64,000 nt of DNA, taken from an uncultured Clostridia bacterium (lineage in GTDB: Bacteria; Bacillota; Clostridia; TANB77; CAG-508). Each line of letters opens with the position of its first letter. Position 1 is the first letter of the stretch. Location: positions 8,954 through 72,953 of the forward strand of contig CALXFF010000002.1 of NCBI GenBank assembly GCA_944387525.1, given 5' to 3'. The notes beneath the pieces are model-generated. The model was not told the origin of the DNA. It saw only the letters and a list, made by a program, of their open reading frames with translations, and ran no database searches. The translations under genes and the position numbers were made by a program. Below, piece after piece: positions 9,879 through 18,626 of the stretch.

Positions 9879-11150
9879 TTATATCTCTTCTAAAACTCCT
9901 ATATCTTTTTCTGCATCTTTTAAAATTAATTCCTCTACTTGTTTAATTATTTTATCTGTTACACTTTGTGATGAAACATTAATTCTAGCAACAACATTTT
10001 GATATTCTGGTAACATTACTTCATCATGTTCAGAAATACTTTCTGAAGCTTTACATAGATTTAATCCAGTTCTTTTTGCACAAATTATTCCTCTTAAAAT
10101 CGCACCTTCAATATCACAACAATTTTCTAATCTATATGATTTAGAGTTTAAATAACTTTCATATTCTTCACCTGATGAATGTAATAAATCTATTGCATGG
10201 GAATATAATTTGTGTCCAGCATAATTTATTGGATTTACAAAATCAAATTTACTGGTGTCAAATCTGTTAATTCCTTCTTTCTTTCCAACACTCACTTTAT
10301 AATAATTTCTCCAATTATATTGCACTGCTCCAGATGCAACTACATTTATTCCGCTTTTTGATAACGTTTCTTTTAGTTCTTGCATTGTATCTCCTGTCCC
10401 CACATTATCATCCAATAATATCACCTTTGAATTATTATTAAAAATTCTTTGATTAGACACTAATTGCTTTGGAGACTCTGCATCTACAATCCTAGAAGAT
10501 TCACTTATATATTTACTCTTAAAAATATTTGTATATTCAACACCATACATTTCTTTTAGAAATGGTCCAATATAAATAGAGCCATATCCCGGTGTTAATA
10601 CTTCTATATTACTTAATTCTTTATTATCTAAATCTAATGCTTTACTAAAAATGTATAAAACTGCCTTGTTATCCATTTCAATTGCACGTTTCTGACAATT
10701 TTCATCACTTTGTGGCAATACTAATTTAGGATTTACACTTATTAAGCCATTATTTGCTAACAATACTAAAATATTTTTTGTATCTTCTTCCATACATTTT
10801 CTTGCCATATCCATTTGTATTCTAGAGTTTTCATTCTGCCCACTTAAAATATATTCCTCAAACTTTTTAAAATATGACCTCGCGGAACAATTTAGCATGT
10901 TTTCTAATATTACAAAATTTCTTTTTCCATATTCTCTAGTTAATAGCCTTTTTAATTCTTCTCTTTCATTTGATAACTCTGATAATGATTTTACATTATA
11001 ATATTCTTTTGACCTTGAAAAATATTCGGTTTGTTCTGTTTCAGCATTTGTTTTTTGAATTTTTGTTACATATTTTTCAATTCCTTTTACATCTCTTAAT
11101 TTTATAATCCCTAATATATCGAAATCTGTTAGTTTTAGTGGTTCACTCAT
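9879..11150 (-). CDS. Phosphoribosyltransferase-domain protein of unknown substrate (423 aa, with N- and C-terminal extensions)
   Basis: PRPP-binding motif KVILLDDNVGTGDTM. Last gene of a three-gene minus-strand operon. Confidence 0.55.
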   Translation of the reverse strand: MSEPLKLTDFDILGIIKLRDVKGIEKYVTKIQKTNAETEQTEYFSRSKEYYNVKSLSELSNEREELKRLLTREYGKRNFVILENMLNCSARSYFKKFEEYILSGQNENSRIQMDMARKCMEEDTKNILVLLANNGLISVNPKLVLPQSDENCQKRAIEMDNKAVLYIFSKALDLDNKELSNIEVLTPGYGSIYIGPFLKEMYGVEYTNIFKSKYISESSRIVDAESPKQLVSNQRIFNNNSKVILLDDNVGTGDTMQELKETLSKSGINVVASGAVQYNWRNYYKVSVGKKEGINRFDTSKFDFVNPINYAGHKLYSHAIDLLHSSGEEYESYLNSKSYRLENCCDIEGAILRGIICAKRTGLNLCKASESISEHDEVMLPEYQNVVARINVSSQSVTDKIIKQVEELILKDAEKDIGVLEEI

Positions 11151-11156
11151 AAGAAA

Positions 11157-11768
11157 CTATCCTTCCTTTAAAAAATCTTTTAAACAATTTAATTCTTTTT
11201 CAAATTCATACCTTGTAAATGTAGTTTGACTTTTTTCTGTTTCTCCCATTACATGAATAATGTCTCTATCACATATTTTTAATGCATTTCTATACAACGG
11301 ATTTTGTATAGCTGATATATATAGTTCGTCTACCATATCATCATATTCTTGACTATATCTATCTATTTCTTTTCCTTGCCAGTAAACTATTCCTGTCTGT
11401 TTCCAGTCATAATCAGTCGCAGCTTTAATATGATTTGAATCTAAACCACTATATAAAAAAACAAAATCTTGCAATTCTTTATCTTTGAATTTAATTCCTT
11501 GAAAGAAATTCTCTATACAATGAAGGTGTTTTCCTTTAAAATCAAATTCGTATGGAAATAAATTTGAAAAAATTTTCGCATAAGGACCTTTTAATTTATA
11601 TCCAACATTAATCCATTTCTCACAATCTCCTAATTCTTTGCCTTCCTCATCTATCAACGCAATTCCATCACAATATTGAATTCCATCAATAATTTCAATT
11701 TCTTTTTGATTGAACTCATAATTTTCTTTGAATTTTTTAAATTTTTTTAATTCCTCTTCAATGCTCAT
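11157..11768 (-). CDS. NADAR (YbiA/DUF1768) domain protein
   Basis: Motif FSNLFPYEFDFKGKHLHCIENFFQGIKF matches the NADAR signature LSNFYP..F..DG..Y.S.E..FQ..KF. Confidence 0.55.
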   Translation of the reverse strand: MSIEEELKKFKKFKENYEFNQKEIEIIDGIQYCDGIALIDEEGKELGDCEKWINVGYKLKGPYAKIFSNLFPYEFDFKGKHLHCIENFFQGIKFKDKELQDFVFLYSGLDSNHIKAATDYDWKQTGIVYWQGKEIDRYSQEYDDMVDELYISAIQNPLYRNALKICDRDIIHVMGETEKSQTTFTRYEFEKELNCLKDFLKEG

Positions 11769-11811
11769 ATTAATTAATCCTTTCTTTTTAAAATTTTTCC
11801 AAGTGGTATTT

Positions 11812-12339
11812 TTACCACTTGGAATCGTCTTCTTCCCAGCATTTGTTGATAATCTGGGTTAAAGCCATTGTTGTTGCCTGAAAAATCAAAGCTTGTCTAG
11901 AAAGTACATTATTTGTTAATTTTCCAACTCCACCTTTTCCATCAAATACATGGTCTGATACTTCAGCAAAACTTGTTTGCATCATAAGTTCTACATATTT
12001 GTCTGGAATAGGTACACCTGCACTTGTCCCTATACCTTTTTTCCCCGTTTTTAACTCTTCTAATAAAACTAATTGTAAATTAAAATAAGTTCCAAATTGT
12101 TTTATTATTCCTCCTTCGCAAGAGACAATAAAATCATATTTTGAAATATCTGTAGACTTTTTTAAATTTTCAATCCGATTTTTAGCTCCGTTAAAAACAT
12201 CATCATAAAAGGGTTGTCTAGAAACATTTGATTCGCATTTTGATTCAATAGCAACAACATTAGGATAATAGTTTGTAAATGCCTGTCTAACTGCTTCGGT
12301 TTTTATCCGATTTTCACTTGTAACAATGACATTTGTCAT
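11812..12339 (-). CDS. Inosine/xanthosine triphosphatase (YjjX / DUF84, non-canonical purine NTP phosphatase)
   Basis: Motifs NVIVTSENRIKTEAVRQAF, SNVSRQPF and GAKNR match the YjjX family. 175 aa. Confidence 0.65.
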   Translation of the reverse strand: MTNVIVTSENRIKTEAVRQAFTNYYPNVVAIESKCESNVSRQPFYDDVFNGAKNRIENLKKSTDISKYDFIVSCEGGIIKQFGTYFNLQLVLLEELKTGKKGIGTSAGVPIPDKYVELMMQTSFAEVSDHVFDGKGGVGKLTNNVLSRQALIFQATTMALTQIINKCWEEDDSKW

Positions 12340-12490
12340 ACAGTTATCTCCTTTCCTATTATCATATAAATTATGTATATTTTATCATCATTTATCCATA
12401 AAGTCAAATTCACATAATTCATATTTGTTATTTACTTATTTAATAATATGTGATACAATACAAAAAATAAATTGAAGGGATGGTTTATAT

Positions 12491-14029
12491 ATGAAAAAGA
12501 ATGAACTAATTTTAATTCTAGACTTCGGTGGACAATACAACCAACTAATAGCAAGACGTGTAAGAGAATGCAATGTATATTCAGAAGTAGTACCTTATGA
12601 CATATCAATCGAAAAAATCAAAGAAAAAAATCCAAAAGGAATCATTTTTACAGGAGGACCAGCAAGTGTATATGGAGAAGAATCTCCTAGATGTGCAGAT
12701 GGATTATTTGAATTAGGAATACCCGTACTTGGAATTTGCTATGGTATGCAACTTATGACATATACTCTTGGAGGAAAAGTAGCTAAGGCAAGCAAAAGAG
12801 AATATGGAACAACAGATGTAAAAATAGACAACAACTCTTTATTATTCAAAGGTTTTGGAAATAACAATGGATTTTTAATGAGTCACACAGATTATGTAGA
12901 AACTGTACCAGAAGGCTTCAAAAATATTGCCTCTACCCCATCTTGTCCAAATGCTGCAATGGAAAATCCTGATAAAAAGCTATATGGAATTCAATTTCAT
13001 CCAGAAGTTAATAATTCTGTTAATGGAACACAAGTAATTAAAAACTTCTTATTTGAAATTTGTAATTGTAGTGGTGATTGGCAAATTTCTTCATTTGTAG
13101 ATGAAAGTATTAAAAATTTAAAAGAAAAAATTGGAGATAAAAAAGCATTATGTGCTTTATCAGGAGGAGTTGATTCTTCTGTTGCCGCAGTTTTATTAAA
13201 TAAAGCTATCGGAAAAAATCTAACTTGTATCTTCGTTGACCATGGCCTACTTCGTAAAAATGAAGGTGATGAAGTTGAAGAAGTATTTAGAAATCAATTT
13301 GACATTAACTTAATTAGAGTAAATGCAAAAGATAGATTTTTATCAAAACTTGCCGGAGTTACTGACCCAGAGAAAAAAAGAAAAATTATTGGAGAAGAAT
13401 TTATACGAGTTTTTGAAGAAGAAGCTAAAAAAATTGGAACTGTTGATTTTTTAGTGCAAGGAACTATTTATCCTGATGTAATTGAAAGTGGATTAGGTAA
13501 AAGTTCTGTAATTAAAAGCCATCATAATGTAGGTGGATTACCTGATTATGTTGATTTTAAAGAAATTGTAGAACCTTTAAGAGATTTATTTAAAGATGAA
13601 GTTAGAAAAACTGGTTTAGAATTAGGTATTCCAGAAAATTTAGTATATAGACAACCATTCCCTGGCCCAGGTTTAGCTATAAGGATTATTGGAGATATAA
13701 CAGATGACAAATTAGATATTTTAAAAGAAGCGGACAGTATTTTCAGAGAAGAAATTGGAAATGCCGGATTACACAAAAGTATTAATCAATATTTCGCAGT
13801 TTTGACTAATTTAAAATCTGTTGGTGTTATGGGAGATGAAAGAACTTATGATTATACAATAGCTCTTCGTGCTGTTGAGACTACTGATTTTATGACAGGT
13901 GTTTGGAGCAAAATTCCTTATGATGTTTTAGAAAAGGTTTCAAGCAGAATTGTCAATGAAGTTAATCATGTAAATAGAGTTGTTTATGATATTACTTCTA
14001 AACCACCTGCAACAATTGAATGGGAATAG
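12491..14029 (+). CDS. guaA: GMP synthase (glutamine-hydrolysing)
   Basis: N-terminal class I GATase (GICYGMQL), ATP-PPase motif SGGVDSSV, C-terminal ...TIEWE. Confidence 0.95.
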   Translation: MKKNELILILDFGGQYNQLIARRVRECNVYSEVVPYDISIEKIKEKNPKGIIFTGGPASVYGEESPRCADGLFELGIPVLGICYGMQLMTYTLGGKVAKASKREYGTTDVKIDNNSLLFKGFGNNNGFLMSHTDYVETVPEGFKNIASTPSCPNAAMENPDKKLYGIQFHPEVNNSVNGTQVIKNFLFEICNCSGDWQISSFVDESIKNLKEKIGDKKALCALSGGVDSSVAAVLLNKAIGKNLTCIFVDHGLLRKNEGDEVEEVFRNQFDINLIRVNAKDRFLSKLAGVTDPEKKRKIIGEEFIRVFEEEAKKIGTVDFLVQGTIYPDVIESGLGKSSVIKSHHNVGGLPDYVDFKEIVEPLRDLFKDEVRKTGLELGIPENLVYRQPFPGPGLAIRIIGDITDDKLDILKEADSIFREEIGNAGLHKSINQYFAVLTNLKSVGVMGDERTYDYTIALRAVETTDFMTGVWSKIPYDVLEKVSSRIVNEVNHVNRVVYDITSKPPATIEWE

Positions 14030-14035
14030 AGCATT

Positions 14036-14069
14036 AAAAAAAGACATGTGAATTACACATGCCTTTTTT
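14036..14069 (+). terminator. Rho-independent terminator after guaA (GACATGTG-AATT-CACATGcC + T6)
   Basis: Hairpin followed by TTTTTT, read directly. Confidence 0.6.
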
Positions 14070-14474
14070 CTACGGAATAAAATAGATTTGTTTGACTCTT
14101 TGTAACTCTTTGTCAATTTCTTCTTGCTTTGAAGAATCTTTAACTAGTTCAACGAATTTTATTGCTGCAAATTTTTTCTGATCACTTAAACCTGCCAAAG
14201 CATATGCTCCTGGTAACTCAATATACTCAAAATGCCCTGAAAAACTCAAAAATTGTTTCTCATCATCAAAATCTAATAATTCTAAATACAACTCATGGTT
14301 TTCCCCTATATCACCAAATAAAACATCATTCGTTAAATAGCCCTCAAAAGAATCATCTGTGAAAATCATATATCCATCACTAAAATAATATAATTCTCCA
14401 TATTCTTCATTTTCTTCTTCATATAAAACCCATTCACCTATCCGTAATTCAATTTTGTAATATAATTTCTTCAT
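14070..14474 (-). CDS. Hypothetical acidic protein (134 aa)
   Basis: ORF with an upstream A/T-rich region. No recognisable motif. Confidence 0.4.
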   Translation of the reverse strand: MKKLYYKIELRIGEWVLYEEENEEYGELYYFSDGYMIFTDDSFEGYLTNDVLFGDIGENHELYLELLDFDDEKQFLSFSGHFEYIELPGAYALAGLSDQKKFAAIKFVELVKDSSKQEEIDKELQRVKQIYFIP

Positions 14475-14567
14475 GTCTACTCCCCACTTTCTTTAATTGA
14501 AAAAAGTTTGTTGTTACAAAATATATTAATAATATTATATTAACATAAATTAAACTGTTTTTCAATA

Positions 14568-15674
14568 CTATTTCTTGTCAAAAATAGTTTTAAATACACC
14601 TTGATCAATCAAATTAGAAAAAATATTTTTAACTATAATTAAAACTATTGGTCCAACTAAAAGGCCTATGATACCAATCACTTTAAACCCTGTGTACATA
14701 GCAATCAAAGTAAAGATTGGATGAACTCCAATATTTTTACTAACCCATTTAGGCTCTAAAACTTGCCTAACTACTGACATAATTATTAATAAAACAATAA
14801 TAGCTATACCTAAGTTAATATCTCCATTCAAAGCACAAATAATCGCCCAAGGAATCATAACTGTTCCAGAACCAAGTATTGGAAGAGCATCCACAAAGCC
14901 AATAAATAAAGCCATAAGTAATGGATATTGAATATTAAATCCAACTATTTGCAAAATGTATAATCCAATTAGGGAAATCACAAAAGATACTAAGATAAGT
15001 GTTGCTTCCGCCTTTAGATATCCTCCTAATGTTTGAATTAATTCTTTTAAATGTATTGAAATCTTTTTTACCCATAATCTAGGTAAATGATGCTCAATTT
15101 GGTCCAAAATATATATTTTATCCACACAAATAAAATATAGTGCAATTACTGTTATACCTATACATATAGCTATTGATGGTATGCTTGTTACAAAGTTTAT
15201 TAAATTATTTAATATATTTCTTAACCAATCAGAAGCAGTAGTTAGAAAATCTCCAGTAGAATTTTGTATTACTTCTAAAATTTCATCTGATAAATGTATA
15301 TTGTCAAATTTGAAATAATTTATTAAATTTTGAAATTGTGTATATAACTTATCAAAATAATCATTTAAACTCTGCAATAAACTTGAAGATTCTGAAAATA
15401 ATGTTATCAATAGCCAAGCTAAACCACCTATTATAATAACTGAAACTAAAACAAATATAATAATTGAGCTTGTTCTTCTTGTTAAATGTGTTTTTTTCAT
15501 TATTTTCTTAATTGCTGGTTCAATCATTAATGATATTATAAACGCAATTAAAAATGGCATATAAAAAATAGACAGCTCTAAAGCAATATATAAACCTAAT
15601 AATATTAATACCACATATAAAATATTTTTTAATACTCTTGTCCAATATGACATATTAATAATCATGTTGTTCAC
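14568..15674 (-). CDS. AI-2E family transporter (PerM/YtvI-like integral membrane protein)
   Basis: 368 aa with ~8 TM segments and typical AI-2E topology and motifs. Confidence 0.65.
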   Translation of the reverse strand: MNNMIINMSYWTRVLKNILYVVLILLGLYIALELSIFYMPFLIAFIISLMIEPAIKKIMKKTHLTRRTSSIIIFVLVSVIIIGGLAWLLITLFSESSSLLQSLNDYFDKLYTQFQNLINYFKFDNIHLSDEILEVIQNSTGDFLTTASDWLRNILNNLINFVTSIPSIAICIGITVIALYFICVDKIYILDQIEHHLPRLWVKKISIHLKELIQTLGGYLKAEATLILVSFVISLIGLYILQIVGFNIQYPLLMALFIGFVDALPILGSGTVMIPWAIICALNGDINLGIAIIVLLIIMSVVRQVLEPKWVSKNIGVHPIFTLIAMYTGFKVIGIIGLLVGPIVLIIVKNIFSNLIDQGVFKTIFDKK

Positions 15675-15737
15675 CTAATTTTAATATATGTAAAAAATTT
15701 TTTATTATGCAAAAAGGATTGGGGATATCCCCAAATC

Positions 15738-16205
15738 CTAATTTCCGTTTTTTATTTGTCCTTCACAATTACATATATTTTCAAATGTTGTACATACTTG
15801 TTGTTTTCCTAGTTGAGTATCAAAGTGTGCTAAGTCTCCTAATGTTAAGATTCCAACTACTTGATTGTTACTGTCACATACTGGTAGTCTTCTTATTTGT
15901 TTTTGTTCCATTTTTGTTTGTGCATTTGTCATTTCATCATCTTGTTTACATGTTGTAACATTACATGTCATTATATCACTTGTTGCTGTTTGGTTTGTGT
16001 CTTTATTGCATGCTACACATCTTAATATTATATCTCTATCTGTTACTATTCCACATATGCAATTATTGTCATCACATACTGGAATACATCCTATATGATG
16101 CTCGTTCATTAATTTTGCTACTTCTTGTATTTTTGTTTCAGGTCTAACACAACATACATCTTCACACATACAATCTTTAACTTTCATTTTATTACCACCT
16201 TTCAA
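15738..16205 (-). CDS. CBS-domain pair protein with Cys-rich N-terminus
   Basis: HIGCIPV ... GIVTDRDI and VVGILTLGDL CBS motifs. CMCEDVCC cluster. Confidence 0.65.
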   Translation of the reverse strand: MKGGNKMKVKDCMCEDVCCVRPETKIQEVAKLMNEHHIGCIPVCDDNNCICGIVTDRDIILRCVACNKDTNQTATSDIMTCNVTTCKQDDEMTNAQTKMEQKQIRRLPVCDSNNQVVGILTLGDLAHFDTQLGKQQVCTTFENICNCEGQIKNGN

Positions 16206-16304
16206 AATTTCTCAATATTATTATTTGTATTTTTTTGATTTATATTCTTAAAAATTTTTATTATTATGGAATTTTTTTCAAAAATAAAATATAATTTTTC
16301 ATAC

Positions 16305-16338
16305 CAAAAAATCCAACTCTAATCAAGCTGGATTTTTG
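16305..16338 (-). terminator. Terminator hairpin downstream of the kinase-ParB gene
   Basis: AAAAAATCCAaCTctaatcaAGcTGGATTTTTG stem-loop with a T-run. Confidence 0.5.
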
Positions 16339-16386
16339 TATTTATTATTTTTTATTTTATAACTTATTTTATAACTTATTTTATTC

Positions 16387-17631
16387 TTATCTTTCTTCTT
16401 GTTCTTTTTGCTTTAACTTTTCATATATATCAGGATATACTTCTTCATAACTAAAATCTTTTCCTATCAATTCTTCATGACCATATAATTTATTAGCTGT
16501 TAATCCTTGCATATATTGTCTTGCCGTAATACTTTTTCCCGGAAGTTTTTCATCATCTTTCGCTAACACAGTATATGGTACCAGTGTTAAACCATTATAT
16601 GCTGCTCCAAAATTTCTATGATGTCCTTCAACTATTCCTTTTAATTCATCTGCTTCTACTATTTCTACTGGTGAAGAAGGATAATATCCATTTTCTCTTA
16701 TACTTTGTATTATTTCTTCTAAATCATATAAAGCTTTTCCATAAGTCAATCTTTCTTCTTGTAATGGTAAAAGTAGTTTTGGGCTAGTCCATTTTTTTTC
16801 AAATGGTTTGCCTTGATAAAATAATTCTGAACATTTCAATATTGTGTCAGAAATATCATTTATACTTGAATAAGATGTATCGATAATTAAATCATAATTA
16901 TTTTCATCTTCTAAATTCACTCCGTATCTTTGCAAATATCTTGAAGTTTCTCCAATTCTTCTTCTTTCTCTTGCTTCCTTTGCTTCAGCTATATCTTTGT
17001 ACTTACTATCTTCTTTTCCTCTAGTTTTGTCTTGCAATAATCTTTGAGCAGCAACATCAGGAGATGCAGTTAATCTTACTGAAAAAGCATCGGGTATGTT
17101 ATAAAAAGCCAATCTCGAATCAATTATCCAAATATCATCTGGTCGCCTTTTACTATTAATCTCAATACCTTTTTCTTTAATTCCCTCATCAATTAAAGTG
17201 TCAACAATTTTTCTAATCTTTTTAAATTCTTCTAAATTATTTGCTTGTTCAATATTGAAATTTGATAAATCTAAGCCTGATTTTTTTAATATAGCTAAAG
17301 TCTCTGTAAATGCTTGTCTATATTCACTATTACTAAAAATCTTCTTTAATTCTTTACTCTCTGTTAATTTTTTTACACTCTCTTCATCATCTAAACTTTG
17401 TATCAATTCAACAATCGCATTAAAATATTTTCTAAAATCATTTCCTATTGATTCTAAATGTATATTTTCCTCTGCATATCCCATTTGTTTAAGTTTTTCT
17501 ATTATAGCTTTTATATTTGTTCCTTTACCAGTTACTGGTTGACCTGATATGGCTAAAATTTTATTTCTTATTTTATTCTCTTCCATATTATTCCTCCAAT
17601 TAACACATTTACTACACATTAATTTTACCAT
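16387..17631 (-). CDS. Fusion protein: cytidylate-kinase-like P-loop NMP kinase (N-terminal) + ParB/Srx-like nuclease domain (C-terminal)
   Basis: Walker A ISGQPVTGKGT. C-terminal VEGHHRNFGAAYNGLTLVPYTV resembles the ParB/sulfiredoxin GHHR motif. Confidence 0.5.
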   Translation of the reverse strand: MVKLMCSKCVNWRNNMEENKIRNKILAISGQPVTGKGTNIKAIIEKLKQMGYAEENIHLESIGNDFRKYFNAIVELIQSLDDEESVKKLTESKELKKIFSNSEYRQAFTETLAILKKSGLDLSNFNIEQANNLEEFKKIRKIVDTLIDEGIKEKGIEINSKRRPDDIWIIDSRLAFYNIPDAFSVRLTASPDVAAQRLLQDKTRGKEDSKYKDIAEAKEARERRRIGETSRYLQRYGVNLEDENNYDLIIDTSYSSINDISDTILKCSELFYQGKPFEKKWTSPKLLLPLQEERLTYGKALYDLEEIIQSIRENGYYPSSPVEIVEADELKGIVEGHHRNFGAAYNGLTLVPYTVLAKDDEKLPGKSITARQYMQGLTANKLYGHEELIGKDFSYEEVYPDIYEKLKQKEQEER

Positions 17632-17775
17632 TTTATGTTAATAATGTCAACTATCGATATACACTTAAAAAATCAAGAGACAATAATACCTCTTGATTTA
17701 ATTTTCTAATGCTCATAAATGTCATAATATCCTCTTGGCATCATTGGAGGTCTTCCTCCACCTTGAGGTGGTCTA

Positions 17776-18381
17776 TTAGGTCCTTGTGGTGGTCTTCCGT
17801 GGCCCTCCAGGGAATGGTGGTCTCATAGGTGGTCTAGGTCTTGGTGGACGATTTCCAGGTCTTCTAAGTAATTCTCGAATAATTAAAATTCTTATTAAAT
17901 CTCGTAAAGTTCTATTTCTTATCTGCCTATCCTCTCTAATTTCATTTCTATTTTCTACTTGTGTAACATCTTTTTTTATTGGCTGACTAGATGTTTTTAC
18001 TTCTTTTTCCTTTGTAGGCTGAGTTCTATTCTCACCAGTTCTTATATCATTTTGCAAATTTATTGATAAATTAATTTCATTGTCTGATGTTCCCTCAATT
18101 GCAGAATAAATTTCATCTGTCATTTCATCAATTACTTCTCTTGTTATTTCTCTTGTATTATTACTGCATATTTGTGATACCATTGGATATACAATTCTAT
18201 ATATTTCGGGATAATATTGCTCTAAATCATTATTATTTACAGTATTACTATAATTATTATTGAAATTATTGTCTTGATTATATCCCTGACTTTGCATATA
18301 TGACATAGAGTCATTGTTGTAAGAATAGTTTGGATACCCAAGTATGTTTCTTATGTACTCTTCATAGCTCTGATTGTACAT
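17776..18381 (-). CDS. Hypothetical Asn/Tyr-rich protein with Pro-rich RPP-repeat C-terminus; possible frameshift near the 3' end
   Basis: The C-terminus ...RPGNRPPRPRPPMRPPFPGGPRKTTTRT* stops at 17776. A +1 frame continues GHGRPPQGPNRPPQGGGRPPMMPRGYYDIYEH* to ~17710. Confidence 0.45.
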   Translation of the reverse strand: MYNQSYEEYIRNILGYPNYSYNNDSMSYMQSQGYNQDNNFNNNYSNTVNNNDLEQYYPEIYRIVYPMVSQICSNNTREITREVIDEMTDEIYSAIEGTSDNEINLSINLQNDIRTGENRTQPTKEKEVKTSSQPIKKDVTQVENRNEIREDRQIRNRTLRDLIRILIIRELLRRPGNRPPRPRPPMRPPFPGGPRKTTTRT

Positions 18382-18464
18382 TATAAAACCTCCTTTTTCT
18401 TTTGTATATGTTATGCATTTTTCGAAAAATTTGTGTCTAAGAGGTTTTACTATTAAAATAATGT

Positions 18465-18620
18465 AGCTAGAATATTATATAAAATGATTTTGCAGTACCG
18501 CGTAGCGATCAAACGAGCCTTGTAAAAGGCGAGTGCGATTGAAGCAACCTACAACATTTTTCTTTAATAGGTTGCGACAACAAGGTACAAAAAATAATTT
18601 TATATAATATTCTAGCTAAT
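18465..18620. repeat. IR-flanked GC-rich element: 20-25-bp perfect inverted repeats (GCTAGAATATTATATAAAAT / ATTTTATATAATATTCTAGC) enclosing ~110 nt of unusually GC-rich sequence
   Basis: Read directly. The interior contains two degenerate direct repeats (gcgatcaaacgagcc / gcgattgaagcaacc) and a hairpin (gcaacct..aggttgc). It lies between the murD 3' end and the downstream gene start. Confidence 0.5.
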
Positions 18621-18626
18621 ATTTTA

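Noticed and set aside
12340-12490. Purine riboswitch upstream of guaA
   Set aside because: No conserved purine-aptamer core (the UAUA...junction / P2-P3 loop motifs) is visible. The region is a plain AT-rich promoter with TGTGATACAAT as an extended -10.
18480-18600. The GC-rich stretch as a possible tRNA or other canonical RNA gene
   Set aside because: No cloverleaf-compatible arms, no GTTCRANYC T-loop box and no CCA context. No other part of the window shows tRNA or rRNA hallmarks.
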